Assembly: GCA_964291235.2 (NCBI GenBank)
Contig: OZ219816.1
Coordinates: 1,920,001-1,984,000 of the forward strand
DNA: 64,000 nucleotides
Source of the DNA: Vicinamibacteria bacterium
GTDB lineage: Bacteria; Acidobacteriota; Vicinamibacteria; Marinacidobacterales; Marinacidobacteraceae
Direction of reading: 5' to 3'
A program made the position numbers and the translations under genes. Positions 35,724-45,039 of the stretch are shown here, piece after piece; positions within the stretch are counted from its first letter, which is position 1; every line of letters starts with the position of its first letter. A model generated the notes under the pieces. That model did no database searches, was not told the origin of the DNA, and worked only from the letters and a program-made list of their open reading frames with translations.

Positions 35724-37540
35724 GCCGCCGGGCTCGACTTCAGAACCGCGACGAAGGCCGCCTGCGGAATCTGCACGTTTCCCACCTGCTTCATGCGCTT
35801 CTTGCCTGCCTTCTGGCGTTCGAGCAGCTTCCGCTTCCGGGTGACGTCGCCGCCGTAGCACCTTGCGGTCACGTCCTTCCGAAACGCCCGGATGTTGGTG
35901 CGGGCGATGATCTTGCCCCCGATGGCGCCCTGGATCGCGATCTTGAAGTTGTGCATCGGGATCGCTTCGGCGAGGCGCTCGCAGTAGCCGAGCGCCCGGG
36001 AACGCGCCTTCTCCTCGTGGACGAGCTGACTGAGTGCATCCACGCGCTCGCCGTTCACCAGGATGTCCACCTTGACGAGCTTCGTAGGCCGGTTGTCGAG
36101 CAGTTCGTAGTCGTAGCTGCCGTAGCCGTGGGTCACCGTCTTCAAGCGGTCGTGAAAGTCGAAGAGGATCTCCGCGAGCGGCAGCTCCGCCTGGATCTCT
36201 ACCCGCCGGGCGGAAAGAAAATTCATCCGGCTGGTCGCCAGGCGCCGCTCGGTCAGCAACTCCATGACCGACCCCACCGCGCGCTCCGGAATCAGGATGG
36301 AAGCCCGGATATAGGGCTCTTCGGCGCCGTCGATGATCGCCGGGTCCGGGTAGTACGCCGGGTTTTCGACCTCGTGCAGTTCCCCGTCCCGGGTGGTGAT
36401 CCGGTAACGCACGCTGGGAGCCGAGAGGAGCAGCGACAGCCCGTGTTCCCGCTGCAGCCGCTCCTGCACCACATCCAGGTGCAGGAGTCCCAGGAATCCG
36501 CAGCGGAACCCGAAACCGAGGGCGGTGGAGGATTCGCGCTCGTAGGTCAGGGCCGGATCGTTGAGCGCCAGCTTTCCGAGGGCGTTTTCGAGTTCGCCGT
36601 AGTCGTCGGTTGAAATCGGGTACACCGAACTGAAGACCACGGGCCGAGGCTCGCGGTATCCCGGGAGCGCCGCCTCGGCGGGACGGGCCGCGTCGATGAC
36701 CGTGTCGCCGATCGCGATGTCCCGGATCCGCTTGATCCCGCAGATGGCGTACCCCACCGCCCCCGCGGAGAGAACGTCCACCGGTTCCCGGCGCAGCCGC
36801 AGGAGTCCCACCTCTTCCACCACGTGCTCGCGGTCCCCGCGCATCAGACGCACCCGGTCGCCGGGACGGATCTCGCCGTCCACGACCCGCACCAGCAGCA
36901 CGACTCCCCGGAAGGTGTCGTACTGGGCGTCGAAGATGAGCGCGCGGAGCGGGTTCTCGAAGTTGCCGCCGGGAGGCGGGATTCTCCTCACGATCGCGTC
37001 GAGGATCTCCTCGACGCCCTCTCCCTTCTTGGCCGAGGCGAGGACCACCTCGAACGGATCGAGTCCGAGTTCCTCGTCAATCTCCTCCCGCACCCGCTCC
37101 GGATCCGCGGCCGGCAGGTCGATCTTGTTGATCACGGGCACCACGGACAGGTCGTATTCCATCGCCACGAAGTAGTTGGCTACGGTCTGCGCCTCCACCC
37201 CCTGCGCGGCGTCCACCAGCAGTAGCGCTCCCTCGCAGGACATCAGCGAACGCCGCACTTCGTGGGAGAAATCGACGTGGCCGGGAGTGTCGATCAGGTT
37301 GAGCTGATAGGTGTCCCCGTCCGCCGTCTCGTGAAGGAGCGAGACGCTGTTCGACTTGATAGTGATGCCGCGCTCGCGCTCGAGGTCCATCGAATCCAGC
37401 AACTGGTCGCGGAACTCGCGCTCGCTGACGCCCCCGCAGCGCTGGATCAGCCGGTCGGCGAGGGTGGACTTCCCGTGGTCCACATGGGCGATGATGCAGA
37501 AGTTGCGGACCCGCTCGATCGGCGGCGGAGCGGAGGACAA
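35720..37540 (-). CDS. lepA: Elongation factor 4
   Basis: RNFCIIAHVDHGKSTLADR, ERGITIK, DTPGHVDF, NKID, GFRCGFLGLLH, RKDVTARCYGGD. Confidence 0.98.
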   Translation of the reverse strand: MSSAPPPIERVRNFCIIAHVDHGKSTLADRLIQRCGGVSEREFRDQLLDSMDLERERGITIKSNSVSLLHETADGDTYQLNLIDTPGHVDFSHEVRRSLMSCEGALLLVDAAQGVEAQTVANYFVAMEYDLSVVPVINKIDLPAADPERVREEIDEELGLDPFEVVLASAKKGEGVEEILDAIVRRIPPPGGNFENPLRALIFDAQYDTFRGVVLLVRVVDGEIRPGDRVRLMRGDREHVVEEVGLLRLRREPVDVLSAGAVGYAICGIKRIRDIAIGDTVIDAARPAEAALPGYREPRPVVFSSVYPISTDDYGELENALGKLALNDPALTYERESSTALGFGFRCGFLGLLHLDVVQERLQREHGLSLLLSAPSVRYRITTRDGELHEVENPAYYPDPAIIDGAEEPYIRASILIPERAVGSVMELLTERRLATSRMNFLSARRVEIQAELPLAEILFDFHDRLKTVTHGYGSYDYELLDNRPTKLVKVDILVNGERVDALSQLVHEEKARSRALGYCERLAEAIPMHNFKIAIQGAIGGKIIARTNIRAFRKDVTARCYGGDVTRKRKLLERQKAGKKRMKQVGNVQIPQAAFVAVLKSSPAA

Positions 37541-37547
37541 ACGGCGA

Positions 37548-39338
37548 TCAGGGACGCGCGGTGGGCACGAGCGTCACCGTGTGCCGCTCCCCGTCGCGGA
37601 GGAACACCACGGTCAGCGGCTCACCGATGCGGGCGGCCTCCAGCGCGTTCATGTAGTCGTAGATGTTCAGGACCGGAGTCCCCGCGAACTCGACGATGAC
37701 ATCACCCTTCTGAAGACCGGCCTCTTCGGCCGGCCCGCCCGCCATGACCCCGCCCAGCAGCAACCCCTCGATCTCGGTGGCGTACTCGGGAATGGTGCCG
37801 GTATAGGCCCGCATCGAAGCGCGCGAGGTGGAGGTCTCCGTGGAGCGCTCCACCTGGACGAACTCGGGCGCCGGATCGCTCTCGGCGACCCGCCGCGCAA
37901 CGAGCCCGGTGAACCGGGCGATCCGGGCGAGGCCCTCGTAGTTCAGCTTGTCGGCGGTGTCCGACGGCCGGTGGTAATCGCTGTGGGTCCCGGTGAAGAG
38001 ATTGAGCGTCGGGACGTTTTCGCTGTTGAACGCCGAGGAGTCGGTGGGCAGGTACGGGTCGTCGGACAGGGCCAGGTCGAAGCCCCCCGGGACGTTGGCC
38101 CGCTCCACGATCCCCGGCCAGACGCTGGCGGAACCCATCGCCTGAACGGTCAGCCGGTTCTCCTCAAGCCGCCCCACCATGTCCAGGTTGATGTAGGCGA
38201 CCAGGTCAACCGGCCGCACCTCGTTCCGGATGAACGCCCGCGACCCGAGCAACCCGGATTCTTCGCCGGACCAGAACCCGATCAGGACCGGCCGGGCGAG
38301 CGGGGACTCGGACACCGTCCGCGCCAGGGCGAGCACCGCCGCGGTCCCCGAGGCGTTGTCGTCGGCGCCCGGATGGACGGCGGGGGGACCGTGGGGATTC
38401 AGCGAGCCGCTGCCGCCCATCCCGAGGTGGTCGTAGTGCGCCCCCACCGCGACGTACGGCGGCGCGACGCTCCCGTCGGCTGCCGGCAGGACGCCGACGA
38501 CGTTGGCCCCGCTGCCGCGGGTCCGCCGGAGGTCCACCGACAAGGTGGCGAATCCGGTGAGCGGAAAGGACCCGGCGTTCACGTCGCCCCGGTCGAGCGC
38601 CCGCTGAATCTCGGAGAGGGTGTACCCGCTGCCCGCGAAGAGCCGGTCTCCGGCCGCCCCGTCGATGGAAACGGCGAGGATGCCCTGGGTACCGGGGGCC
38701 GAAATGTCGAAGGCGTCCGGCGAAAATTCCCCCGCTCCCTCCGACTCGGGACCGGTGATCACCACTATCCCCGCCGCTCCCCGGTCCCGGGCGGCGGCCG
38801 CCTTGGAGCGGAAGTCGGCGTGGCGATTCAGGATCGCCCGCACCTCGTCGTCCACGTCGTCGGGGAAGTAGCGGAGCACGACCACCACCTGGTCACGCAC
38901 GTCGTGGCCGGCGTAGCTGTCGTACTCGTGGCCCGCGTTCTCGGGAAGGCTGATGCCGTAGCCGGCGAAGAACAGTTCTCCCCGGCCCTCACCGGTCTCC
39001 GAAAACGCGAAAGCTCGAACCTGATCGCTCCCGAACCGCTTGTGCCCCCCGGCGCGCAACGAGGATCCGGCGTCTTCCACGCCCGAGATGAAGTCGAACG
39101 AAACGCCGTAGCCATCCTGTCCCGGCAACGGCTCGGCCCCGGCGGCTTCGAGCTCGGACATCAGGTAGCGGCGGGCAGTGGCCGCCCCGGGCGTCCCCAC
39201 GGCGCGGCCCTCGGTGCCCGGCCCGGTCAGCGCGGCCACGTCGTCGCGAAGCTCCTCGGGAGTTTGGGCCGCGGCGGAAAGCGGAGAAAACGCGAGCAGG
39301 AGCGCCGGACCCGCGAGGAAGAAGCGCCGGTAGGTCAT
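37548..39338 (-). CDS. M28 family aminopeptidase with PA and PDZ domains
   Basis: Signal peptide, GAHYDHLG, GADDNASG, SGEESG, NLDMVG, DYH, C-terminal PDZ (GTIPEY, GPAEEAGL..GD). Confidence 0.92.
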   Translation of the reverse strand: MTYRRFFLAGPALLLAFSPLSAAAQTPEELRDDVAALTGPGTEGRAVGTPGAATARRYLMSELEAAGAEPLPGQDGYGVSFDFISGVEDAGSSLRAGGHKRFGSDQVRAFAFSETGEGRGELFFAGYGISLPENAGHEYDSYAGHDVRDQVVVVLRYFPDDVDDEVRAILNRHADFRSKAAAARDRGAAGIVVITGPESEGAGEFSPDAFDISAPGTQGILAVSIDGAAGDRLFAGSGYTLSEIQRALDRGDVNAGSFPLTGFATLSVDLRRTRGSGANVVGVLPAADGSVAPPYVAVGAHYDHLGMGGSGSLNPHGPPAVHPGADDNASGTAAVLALARTVSESPLARPVLIGFWSGEESGLLGSRAFIRNEVRPVDLVAYINLDMVGRLEENRLTVQAMGSASVWPGIVERANVPGGFDLALSDDPYLPTDSSAFNSENVPTLNLFTGTHSDYHRPSDTADKLNYEGLARIARFTGLVARRVAESDPAPEFVQVERSTETSTSRASMRAYTGTIPEYATEIEGLLLGGVMAGGPAEEAGLQKGDVIVEFAGTPVLNIYDYMNALEAARIGEPLTVVFLRDGERHTVTLVPTARP

Positions 39339-40483
39339 TGGGGGGTCTCCGTGTCCGGTGTGCGGGGCGGCGCTTCGCAGAGCGCGGCGAGCGCCTCGTC
39401 GTGGTCCCAGTCGGCCAGATAGATCTGGCCGCCTTCTCCGCCGTGGCGGCTGGACGTCCAGGCAAGGCCCGCCCCGTCCGGAGTCGGGACCGGCAGCCCG
39501 TCGAAGCCGTCGGTGGTGGTGATCCGGACCGGTTCCTTCTCCCCGGCGACGTCCACCATGTACACCTCGAAGTTGCTGAATCCCAGCTTGTTCGACGCAA
39601 ACAGCACGTACTCACCGGAAGGATGGACGTAGGGGGCCCAACTCATGGCCTCGAAACCGGTGAGCCGCCGCTGATCGGTCCCGTCCGGCCGCATGGACCA
39701 GATATCGGCGACCAGCCCGTCCTCCGAGAAACGCCGCCAGATGATCCGGGACCCGTCCGGGAAGAAGAACGGGCCGCCGTCGTAGCCGGGCACCTGGGTC
39801 AGGCGGCGCTGGTCACTACCGTCGGCGCGCATGATCCAGATCTCGCCGAAGTACGACGGATCGATTTCCGTCAGGCGCTCTTCCCGTTCCGAAAGCTCGT
39901 CCTCGTATATCCCTCGCATGGAGGTGAAGACGATCCACTCGCCGTCCGGCGACCAGCTCCCCTCGGCGTCGTATCCCCGGGCCTCGGTGAGTCGGACAAG
40001 TTCGCCGTCCGAGCGCCGTTCCACGAAGATGTCCATGGAGGGGTCGTAGTCCCACTCGTAGCGCCGCTCCTGGCCGCTCTCCCGGAACGCGATCTCTTCG
40101 CGCTGGAGTTCGAGCGACCGGGGATCGAGATGGGTCGAGGCGAACAGAATGTCGCCGCCGTTTCCCGAAATGAAGGCGCAGGTGGTCTTCCCCTGCCCCG
40201 GGGACACCCGGCGGACATCACCGGTCTCCAGCGAGAGCAGGTAGATCTGGAAGAAGGGGTTCCCCGGCTCGCGCTCCGACTGGAAGACCATCTCCTTGCC
40301 ATCCGGGGAGAAGTAGCCCTCCCCCGCACGCCGGCCCTCGACGGTCAGCCGCCGGATCCGGCTCAGAAACCGCGACTCGTCCTCTTCGTGCGGCTGGAGC
40401 GCGTCGGCGGGCGCACCTGCTCCCCACACTGCAAGGAGGGCGAACACAAGGCGACCGGAAACCCGCCGCAACGACTGGAACAT
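39335..40483 (-). CDS. TolB-like (PD40 repeat) exported beta-propeller
   Basis: GEGYFSPDG, GKTTC, GYDAEGSWSPDG, GYDGGPFFFPDG, SWAPY, FDGLP; ATGA overlap with the M28 gene. Confidence 0.88.
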   Translation of the reverse strand: MFQSLRRVSGRLVFALLAVWGAGAPADALQPHEEDESRFLSRIRRLTVEGRRAGEGYFSPDGKEMVFQSEREPGNPFFQIYLLSLETGDVRRVSPGQGKTTCAFISGNGGDILFASTHLDPRSLELQREEIAFRESGQERRYEWDYDPSMDIFVERRSDGELVRLTEARGYDAEGSWSPDGEWIVFTSMRGIYEDELSEREERLTEIDPSYFGEIWIMRADGSDQRRLTQVPGYDGGPFFFPDGSRIIWRRFSEDGLVADIWSMRPDGTDQRRLTGFEAMSWAPYVHPSGEYVLFASNKLGFSNFEVYMVDVAGEKEPVRITTTDGFDGLPVPTPDGAGLAWTSSRHGGEGGQIYLADWDHDEALAALCEAPPRTPDTETPQ

Positions 40484-40517
40484 GGAAAAACGAGGGCTGC
40501 GTACTCGGAGCGCCGGT

Positions 40518-40553
40518 CAGTGCTCCCGGTGGGGCGTTCAGACTGGCATCGCC
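40518..40553. repeat. REP-like repeat copy
   Basis: cagtgctcccggtggggcgttcagactggcatcgcc aligns with the reverse complement of 11101-11142. Confidence 0.7.
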
Positions 40554-40606
40554 CGCCGCGCACGGCGGGTGCCGCTCTCTGATAGCGAGCCGATCCGCAA
40601 CCGCTT

Positions 40607-40615
40607 AGTGTACCA
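40607..40615 (-). promoter_or_regulatory. Extended -10 element for the TolB-like/M28/lepA/hemW operon
   Basis: Minus strand TGG-TACACT (TGn-TAnnnT), about 120 nt upstream of ATG 40483. Confidence 0.45.
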
Positions 40616-40693
40616 CGGGAGGGTCGATCAGCCCTCAGGGCCGAGACCGTCGGACCGGCATCGGGGCCGCAGGATCACTCTTCAGAGTGGCGG

Positions 40694-40706
40694 TAACTCA
40701 TTGATT
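40694..40706 (-). promoter_or_regulatory. IHF-consensus site at the edge of an AT-richer islet
   Basis: Minus strand AATCAA-TGAG-TTA is a perfect match to WATCAANNNNTTR. Confidence 0.55.
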
Positions 40707-40939
40707 TATCGCTGTTCTAAGGATAGTCTGTGAAGTCGGTGAATCACATTACACGCTGTCCGTCGCTTCAAGACGAGCCACTCAACGCTTCCAACTCCCG
40801 TGGTACACATCCGTGCTCACATCACAAAACCGAACGCGGTCCAGCACGGGAGACGCATCGCTATTCAGCCCGTAGGCGTGGCCGTTGGGCGTCCGTGGCA
40901 ACGGCAGGTCTCCCGTTTGTAGCCGCAAACTGCACCGGG

Positions 40940-41089
40940 CGACGGTTGGCGGGTTTCCTCAAGGAGGCTGCCGAAAGAGAGGGTGTGACACCGTCAGAAC
41001 CCATGCACCGCGCGGCAAGCGATGCCCTCACCGTTCTGGCGTTGATACGCGCGGTCGTCGCAAAAACAGATCAGCCGGTCCGGCAATGA
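40940..41089 (+). pseudogene. 3' remnant of a DEDDh (DnaQ-like) 3'-5' exonuclease
   Basis: LKEAAEREGV...MHRAASDALTVLALI matches the ExoIII HxAxxD motif and terminal helix; no ExoI or ExoII motif upstream; left boundary approximate. Confidence 0.6.
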
Positions 41090-41877
41090 CCCACTCTGCG
41101 CTCGGGTCCCGGCTCGCGGTATTCGCCTGCGCCGGGTGCGTACTCCCGGCCGCCATGTCCGGGTGCGGTGACGTACCCCCGCTGGATGATCCGGACGCGG
41201 GCATATCGGTGGGGGCGCGGCGTTCCCCGATACCCCGGGAATCTGCGATCCTGGAACTGTTGCGGGAGGCCGGAGGCCCAGAACTGGCGCGAACAGAGGC
41301 GTTCCAGGACGCGGCAGCCCGGATGGAACGGGCGGCCCCCGGCGAAACGGCGGCGTTCCTGGCGGCGGTCGGGGCGCTTCAAGTCTCCGCGCCCGATGAA
41401 TTGAGGTGGTTTCTTCAGCTCTTCTTGGTCGCCACAGCGGCCGACGCGGAGCAGGACGCAATGAGGACAGCGTTCGAAGCCCTGATGGCAGAGTCGGAAA
41501 AGGCGCAGGAACGGGCGAAGGAAGCGGCGGACAAGGCGAACGCGGCGACGGCGGCGATAGCGGAGGCATATCCGAGCGAAGCGGGGATGCGGACGGCGCT
41601 CGAGGATGCGGAACAGTGGGGGGAGGCGGCGGAGGCCGCGGCGGAGGAAGCGCTAGCCGCCGGTGTCAAGGCGATGATCGTGGCTCTTGTCCTGGAAGGT
41701 CAGGCAGACGAGGCGCTGGCGACATATGCCCGAAGGATCGCCACCAAGGCCCCATCCGACTATGCGGCGTTCCTAGCGGCGGTAGAGGCGGCGCAGGCCG
41801 CGGCCCCTGACGCGTGGACGGAGTTCTTGAGAGTGGGCGCGCTGTTCGTTTTGGCCCCGACGGGGGCTTGGAGATGA
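41086..41877 (+). CDS. Hypothetical Ala-rich helical lipoprotein with an internal repeat
   Basis: ATGA overlap with the exonuclease remnant; lipobox-like MSGC; two AP...AAFLAAV......APD....FL repeats. Confidence 0.7.
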   Translation: MTHSALGSRLAVFACAGCVLPAAMSGCGDVPPLDDPDAGISVGARRSPIPRESAILELLREAGGPELARTEAFQDAAARMERAAPGETAAFLAAVGALQVSAPDELRWFLQLFLVATAADAEQDAMRTAFEALMAESEKAQERAKEAADKANAATAAIAEAYPSEAGMRTALEDAEQWGEAAEAAAEEALAAGVKAMIVALVLEGQADEALATYARRIATKAPSDYAAFLAAVEAAQAAAPDAWTEFLRVGALFVLAPTGAWR

Positions 41878-42119
41878 CGGCCCTGCCCCATCCCGCGCTC
41901 TGGCTCGCGGTGGGCCTGCGCTCCCGGACCGGACGCATCGAGACCTGTGTCGTCTCCGGTTGTCGCCCCGTCATCAGCATCGCGCACCACCCGGGTTTCC
42001 CGGGCGCAATCTGACCAAACTCGTGATCGCCGTCGTCGCTCCCTCACTGCTCCTGGCGTTGTCCAGACGGCTGATCCGGGGGTCGCGCACACGGAGCCAC
42101 AAAACTCCCGGTCGTCTGA

Positions 42120-43526
42120 TCAAGTCGCATCGCTGCGGTCCTCCGACCTGCCCAGACCCGTGGTGATCGCCACCAGGATCACACCCAGGAGCGCCCATGA
42201 GTAGGCGTTCGCCAGCCCGGCTTCAAGGGCGGACACCCTCGGCACGCCGAAAGCCTCACCGGAGGCGGTCGCCGAGGCCGCGAGGATGGTCGGAATGAAG
42301 AAAGGCAGGAGAAACGGGTAGGTGCACACGGTCATGTCCAGGAGGTTCGCGCGTCGGAAACGCCCCACGCCGGCGCGCCTGCCTGAATCCCGGACCAGGT
42401 CGCCGACCGCGAGGATGGCCATCACCGAATGCGTGGTCAGCATCACGGCGGCGCTCGTCACGCCAAAGATGCCGAGCTCCACCCCGCGTGCCGTCGGTGC
42501 GGCCCGCCGGAGCCCGCTCGCCCGGGCCAACCGGTCCACGATTCCTGCCTCCTGGGCTGCCCCCACGATCCCCATGAGGAGGATGGTGAAGATCACGATA
42601 CCGACCGCGCCCTCCATCCCGTCCAGAATGAGCCCGCGGGCCTGAAAGGACTCGGCGTCGATATAGAGCAGGCCGGCGGGGGTGACGAGCCCCAGCGTCA
42701 GAGCCACGGCCACCGCTACGGCCACCCCGGCGAAAAGGCTCTCCACCAGGCCGCGCCCCCGCCACAGCATGAGAAACGCGGCTACGGGCGCCAGCAACAT
42801 GGGGAGCGCGGACGGGTCGCCAGCGAGCACCGCACCCGGAACGGGTGCCGCGGCCGGGGGCGCCTCGGCACCGCCAAGCAGCGTAAGGATGAGAGCGGCG
42901 GCCAAGCCGGCGGGCAGTGCATAGCGGAGACGGCTGCGCACGACCCCGCCCATGGGCGCGTCTTGGCTGATCGCGGACGCGATGGTTGTGTCTGAAACGG
43001 GCGAGACGTTGTCCCCGAAGGTGGCGCCGGCCAGGATCGCCCCGATCAACACGACCGGGTTGGCCCCGAAGACGCCCGCCGCGGGGTAGAGCAGCGGCGC
43101 GCAGATGAGGATCGTCCCGAGGCTGGTGCCGGTCGCGGTTGAGAAGAGAACCGCGATGACCAAGGCCAGCAGGACGAAGCCGCCGCCGCTCACCCCCAGT
43201 TCGGCGCCCGCCCACACCAGGGAGTGGACGAACCCGGATTCGCGCAGCACGGCCGAGAAGATGCCCGCCAGCAGCCAGGCCGCCACCATGAGCATGACGA
43301 TGGGGCGCGACATCCCGCGCAGAGCCGCCGCGCTGTAGTCGGAGGCCCTCTTGGCGAGCAGGAGGCCGGCGCCCAGTGCTACGACCAGGATGGGCCACAG
43401 GCCGCGCTCGTCCGGCGCGCCGGAAAAGCCCAGCCAGGCGGCGCCGGCTGCGAAGACGAGGATCGGGAGCGCTGCTCCCGCCAGGCCCAGCCGGAAGGCG
43501 AGCGGCTGCTTTGGATGGTGGGCCAC
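42120..43526 (-). CDS. Na+/H+ antiporter NhaC family transporter
   Basis: TATGTSLGT, GATFGDNVSPVSDTT, VRSRLRY, about 12 TM helices. Confidence 0.88.
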   Translation of the reverse strand: MAHHPKQPLAFRLGLAGAALPILVFAAGAAWLGFSGAPDERGLWPILVVALGAGLLLAKRASDYSAAALRGMSRPIVMLMVAAWLLAGIFSAVLRESGFVHSLVWAGAELGVSGGGFVLLALVIAVLFSTATGTSLGTILICAPLLYPAAGVFGANPVVLIGAILAGATFGDNVSPVSDTTIASAISQDAPMGGVVRSRLRYALPAGLAAALILTLLGGAEAPPAAAPVPGAVLAGDPSALPMLLAPVAAFLMLWRGRGLVESLFAGVAVAVAVALTLGLVTPAGLLYIDAESFQARGLILDGMEGAVGIVIFTILLMGIVGAAQEAGIVDRLARASGLRRAAPTARGVELGIFGVTSAAVMLTTHSVMAILAVGDLVRDSGRRAGVGRFRRANLLDMTVCTYPFLLPFFIPTILAASATASGEAFGVPRVSALEAGLANAYSWALLGVILVAITTGLGRSEDRSDAT

Positions 43527-43597
43527 ACGGTATGATCGAGGATCGTCGCCCGAGGGTCCAGCGGCGGCGCCCGGGTCGCTGCGAGGAGGGCAGGCAG

Positions 43598-43942
43598 ATG
43601 CGTCAAGACGACAGGTTCGAGCTCTACGACCTGCGGGTGGAGGTCGTGGCCGGCGAGCGCCAGATGGTCTGCAACCACCGGGAAGGGGACTACTTCGAAC
43701 TCCGGGGCGAGAACCTGTCCTTCCCTGCGGGGCAGAGCTTTCCGCTCTACCCCCTGGCGGCGCTCCTTCCGCTACTTCCGGCCAAGCAGCGCAGGACCCA
43801 TCCCAACGACTGGATGACCTCCGACGCCGAAATCGCCTGTCCGGATCCCCACTGTGGCGCCCGCTTCCGCATCACTCGCACTGGCACTTCGGCCTTCCGC
43901 CACAGCGAGGTCACTCGCGTTCCCCTCACCCAACCCGGATGA
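43598..43942 (+). CDS. TIGR04076 family protein
   Basis: GGAGG upstream; FELYDLRVEV, MVCNH..GDYFEL.GE, LLPLLPAKQR, DWM, ACPDPHCG..FRI.R. Confidence 0.85.
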   Translation: MRQDDRFELYDLRVEVVAGERQMVCNHREGDYFELRGENLSFPAGQSFPLYPLAALLPLLPAKQRRTHPNDWMTSDAEIACPDPHCGARFRITRTGTSAFRHSEVTRVPLTQPG

Positions 43943-44955
43943 CCTTGCCGCTGCCGGCCAGCGGGCTGGTGCGTGGCTGTTGGCAGTTGTCGCGAGGGCA
44001 TGGGCCCGGGTGGAGCCGTGAGCGCGCCTTCGCCGCTCTCGACGAGGCCGCCGCTCGGCCGGGGCCACTCTTCCTTGACTGCGCCGACATCTACACGGGC
44101 GCAGAGCAACTCCTCGGCGACTGGTTGGCGGCCCGGCCCGCGTCCGCCGGGCAGGTGGTCGTGTTCACCAAGTTCGTACCGGATCTGGACGCGCTGGCCG
44201 CCATCGACCGGAGCTACGTGCGCGACATCGTCCTCAGGTCCCGTGACCGGCTCGGCGTGGAGGCGCTGGATTTGGTCCAGTTCGCCTGGTGGGACCTCTC
44301 CCACCCGGGGTGGCTGGGCGCGGCGGAGTGGTTGACGGAACTCGGCGAAGAAGGGGTTGTGCGCAAGATCGGGGTGACCAACTTCGACTGCGACGCACTC
44401 ACTGCTCTCCTGGACGCCGGAATTCCAGTGATCTCAAACCAGGTCCAGTTCTCGCTGCTGGACCGGCGGCCGCGCAAGGGCATGACGGACTTGTGTCTCC
44501 AGCGCAACGTGACACTGCTCTGCTACGGGGCGCTCGCGGGCGGCTTGCTCTCAGATTCGGCCGGTGCCCGGGCGCCGTCGCGCTCGCTTGTCAAGTACCG
44601 CCTCATCGCCGACGAGGTGGGGGGCCACGCGGTGCTGGAGCGGGCGTGCGCAGCGCTCGCGGAGGTGGCCGGCCGGCACCGTTCCACCATGGCCGACGTG
44701 GCGGTGGCGTATGTGCTGCGCCAGCCCGCAGTCGGCGCGGTGATCGTCGGGCTGAGCCGCAGGGGCCGGGCGGTGGGCGCGCGGCGCCTGCGCCTCGAAC
44801 CGGACGACGAGCGGCGGCTGGAGGCGGCGGTTCCCGGAGAGGTGCCGGGCGAGGTCTTCGGGGTCGAGCGCGACCGCAACGGCCCGCACGGCCGCATCAT
44901 GCGATACAACCTCAACCGCGAAGGTTCGGGGCAGGTACGGGCAGAGTACGGGTGA
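43939..44955 (+). CDS. Aldo/keto reductase
   Basis: GCWQLSRGH, DCADIYTGAE, TKFVPD, IGVTNFD, SNQVQFSLLDRRP, YGALAGG, HGRIMRYNLN; ATGA overlap. Confidence 0.9.
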   Translation: MTLPLPASGLVRGCWQLSRGHGPGWSRERAFAALDEAAARPGPLFLDCADIYTGAEQLLGDWLAARPASAGQVVVFTKFVPDLDALAAIDRSYVRDIVLRSRDRLGVEALDLVQFAWWDLSHPGWLGAAEWLTELGEEGVVRKIGVTNFDCDALTALLDAGIPVISNQVQFSLLDRRPRKGMTDLCLQRNVTLLCYGALAGGLLSDSAGARAPSRSLVKYRLIADEVGGHAVLERACAALAEVAGRHRSTMADVAVAYVLRQPAVGAVIVGLSRRGRAVGARRLRLEPDDERRLEAAVPGEVPGEVFGVERDRNGPHGRIMRYNLNREGSGQVRAEYG

Positions 44956-44981
44956 GCTGCGGGGAGGATCTGAAACCGGAG

Positions 44982-45004
44982 TTCGACGCGTCGCCTGCGT
45001 CGAA
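44982..45004. terminator. Hairpin between convergent genes
   Basis: ttcgacgcg pairs with tgcgtcgaa (one G-U pair) around a 5-nt loop. Confidence 0.35.
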
Positions 45005-45039
45005 ATCGTCACGTCAGACCGCTGGCTTGAGCCCGTCGC

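Noticed and set aside
40484-40600. SAM-I-like riboswitch in the leader of the TolB-like gene (minus strand TATCAGAGAG)
   Set aside because: The remaining core elements (GCAACC, GTGC, closing GAT helix) were not found; the structure is better explained by the repeat family
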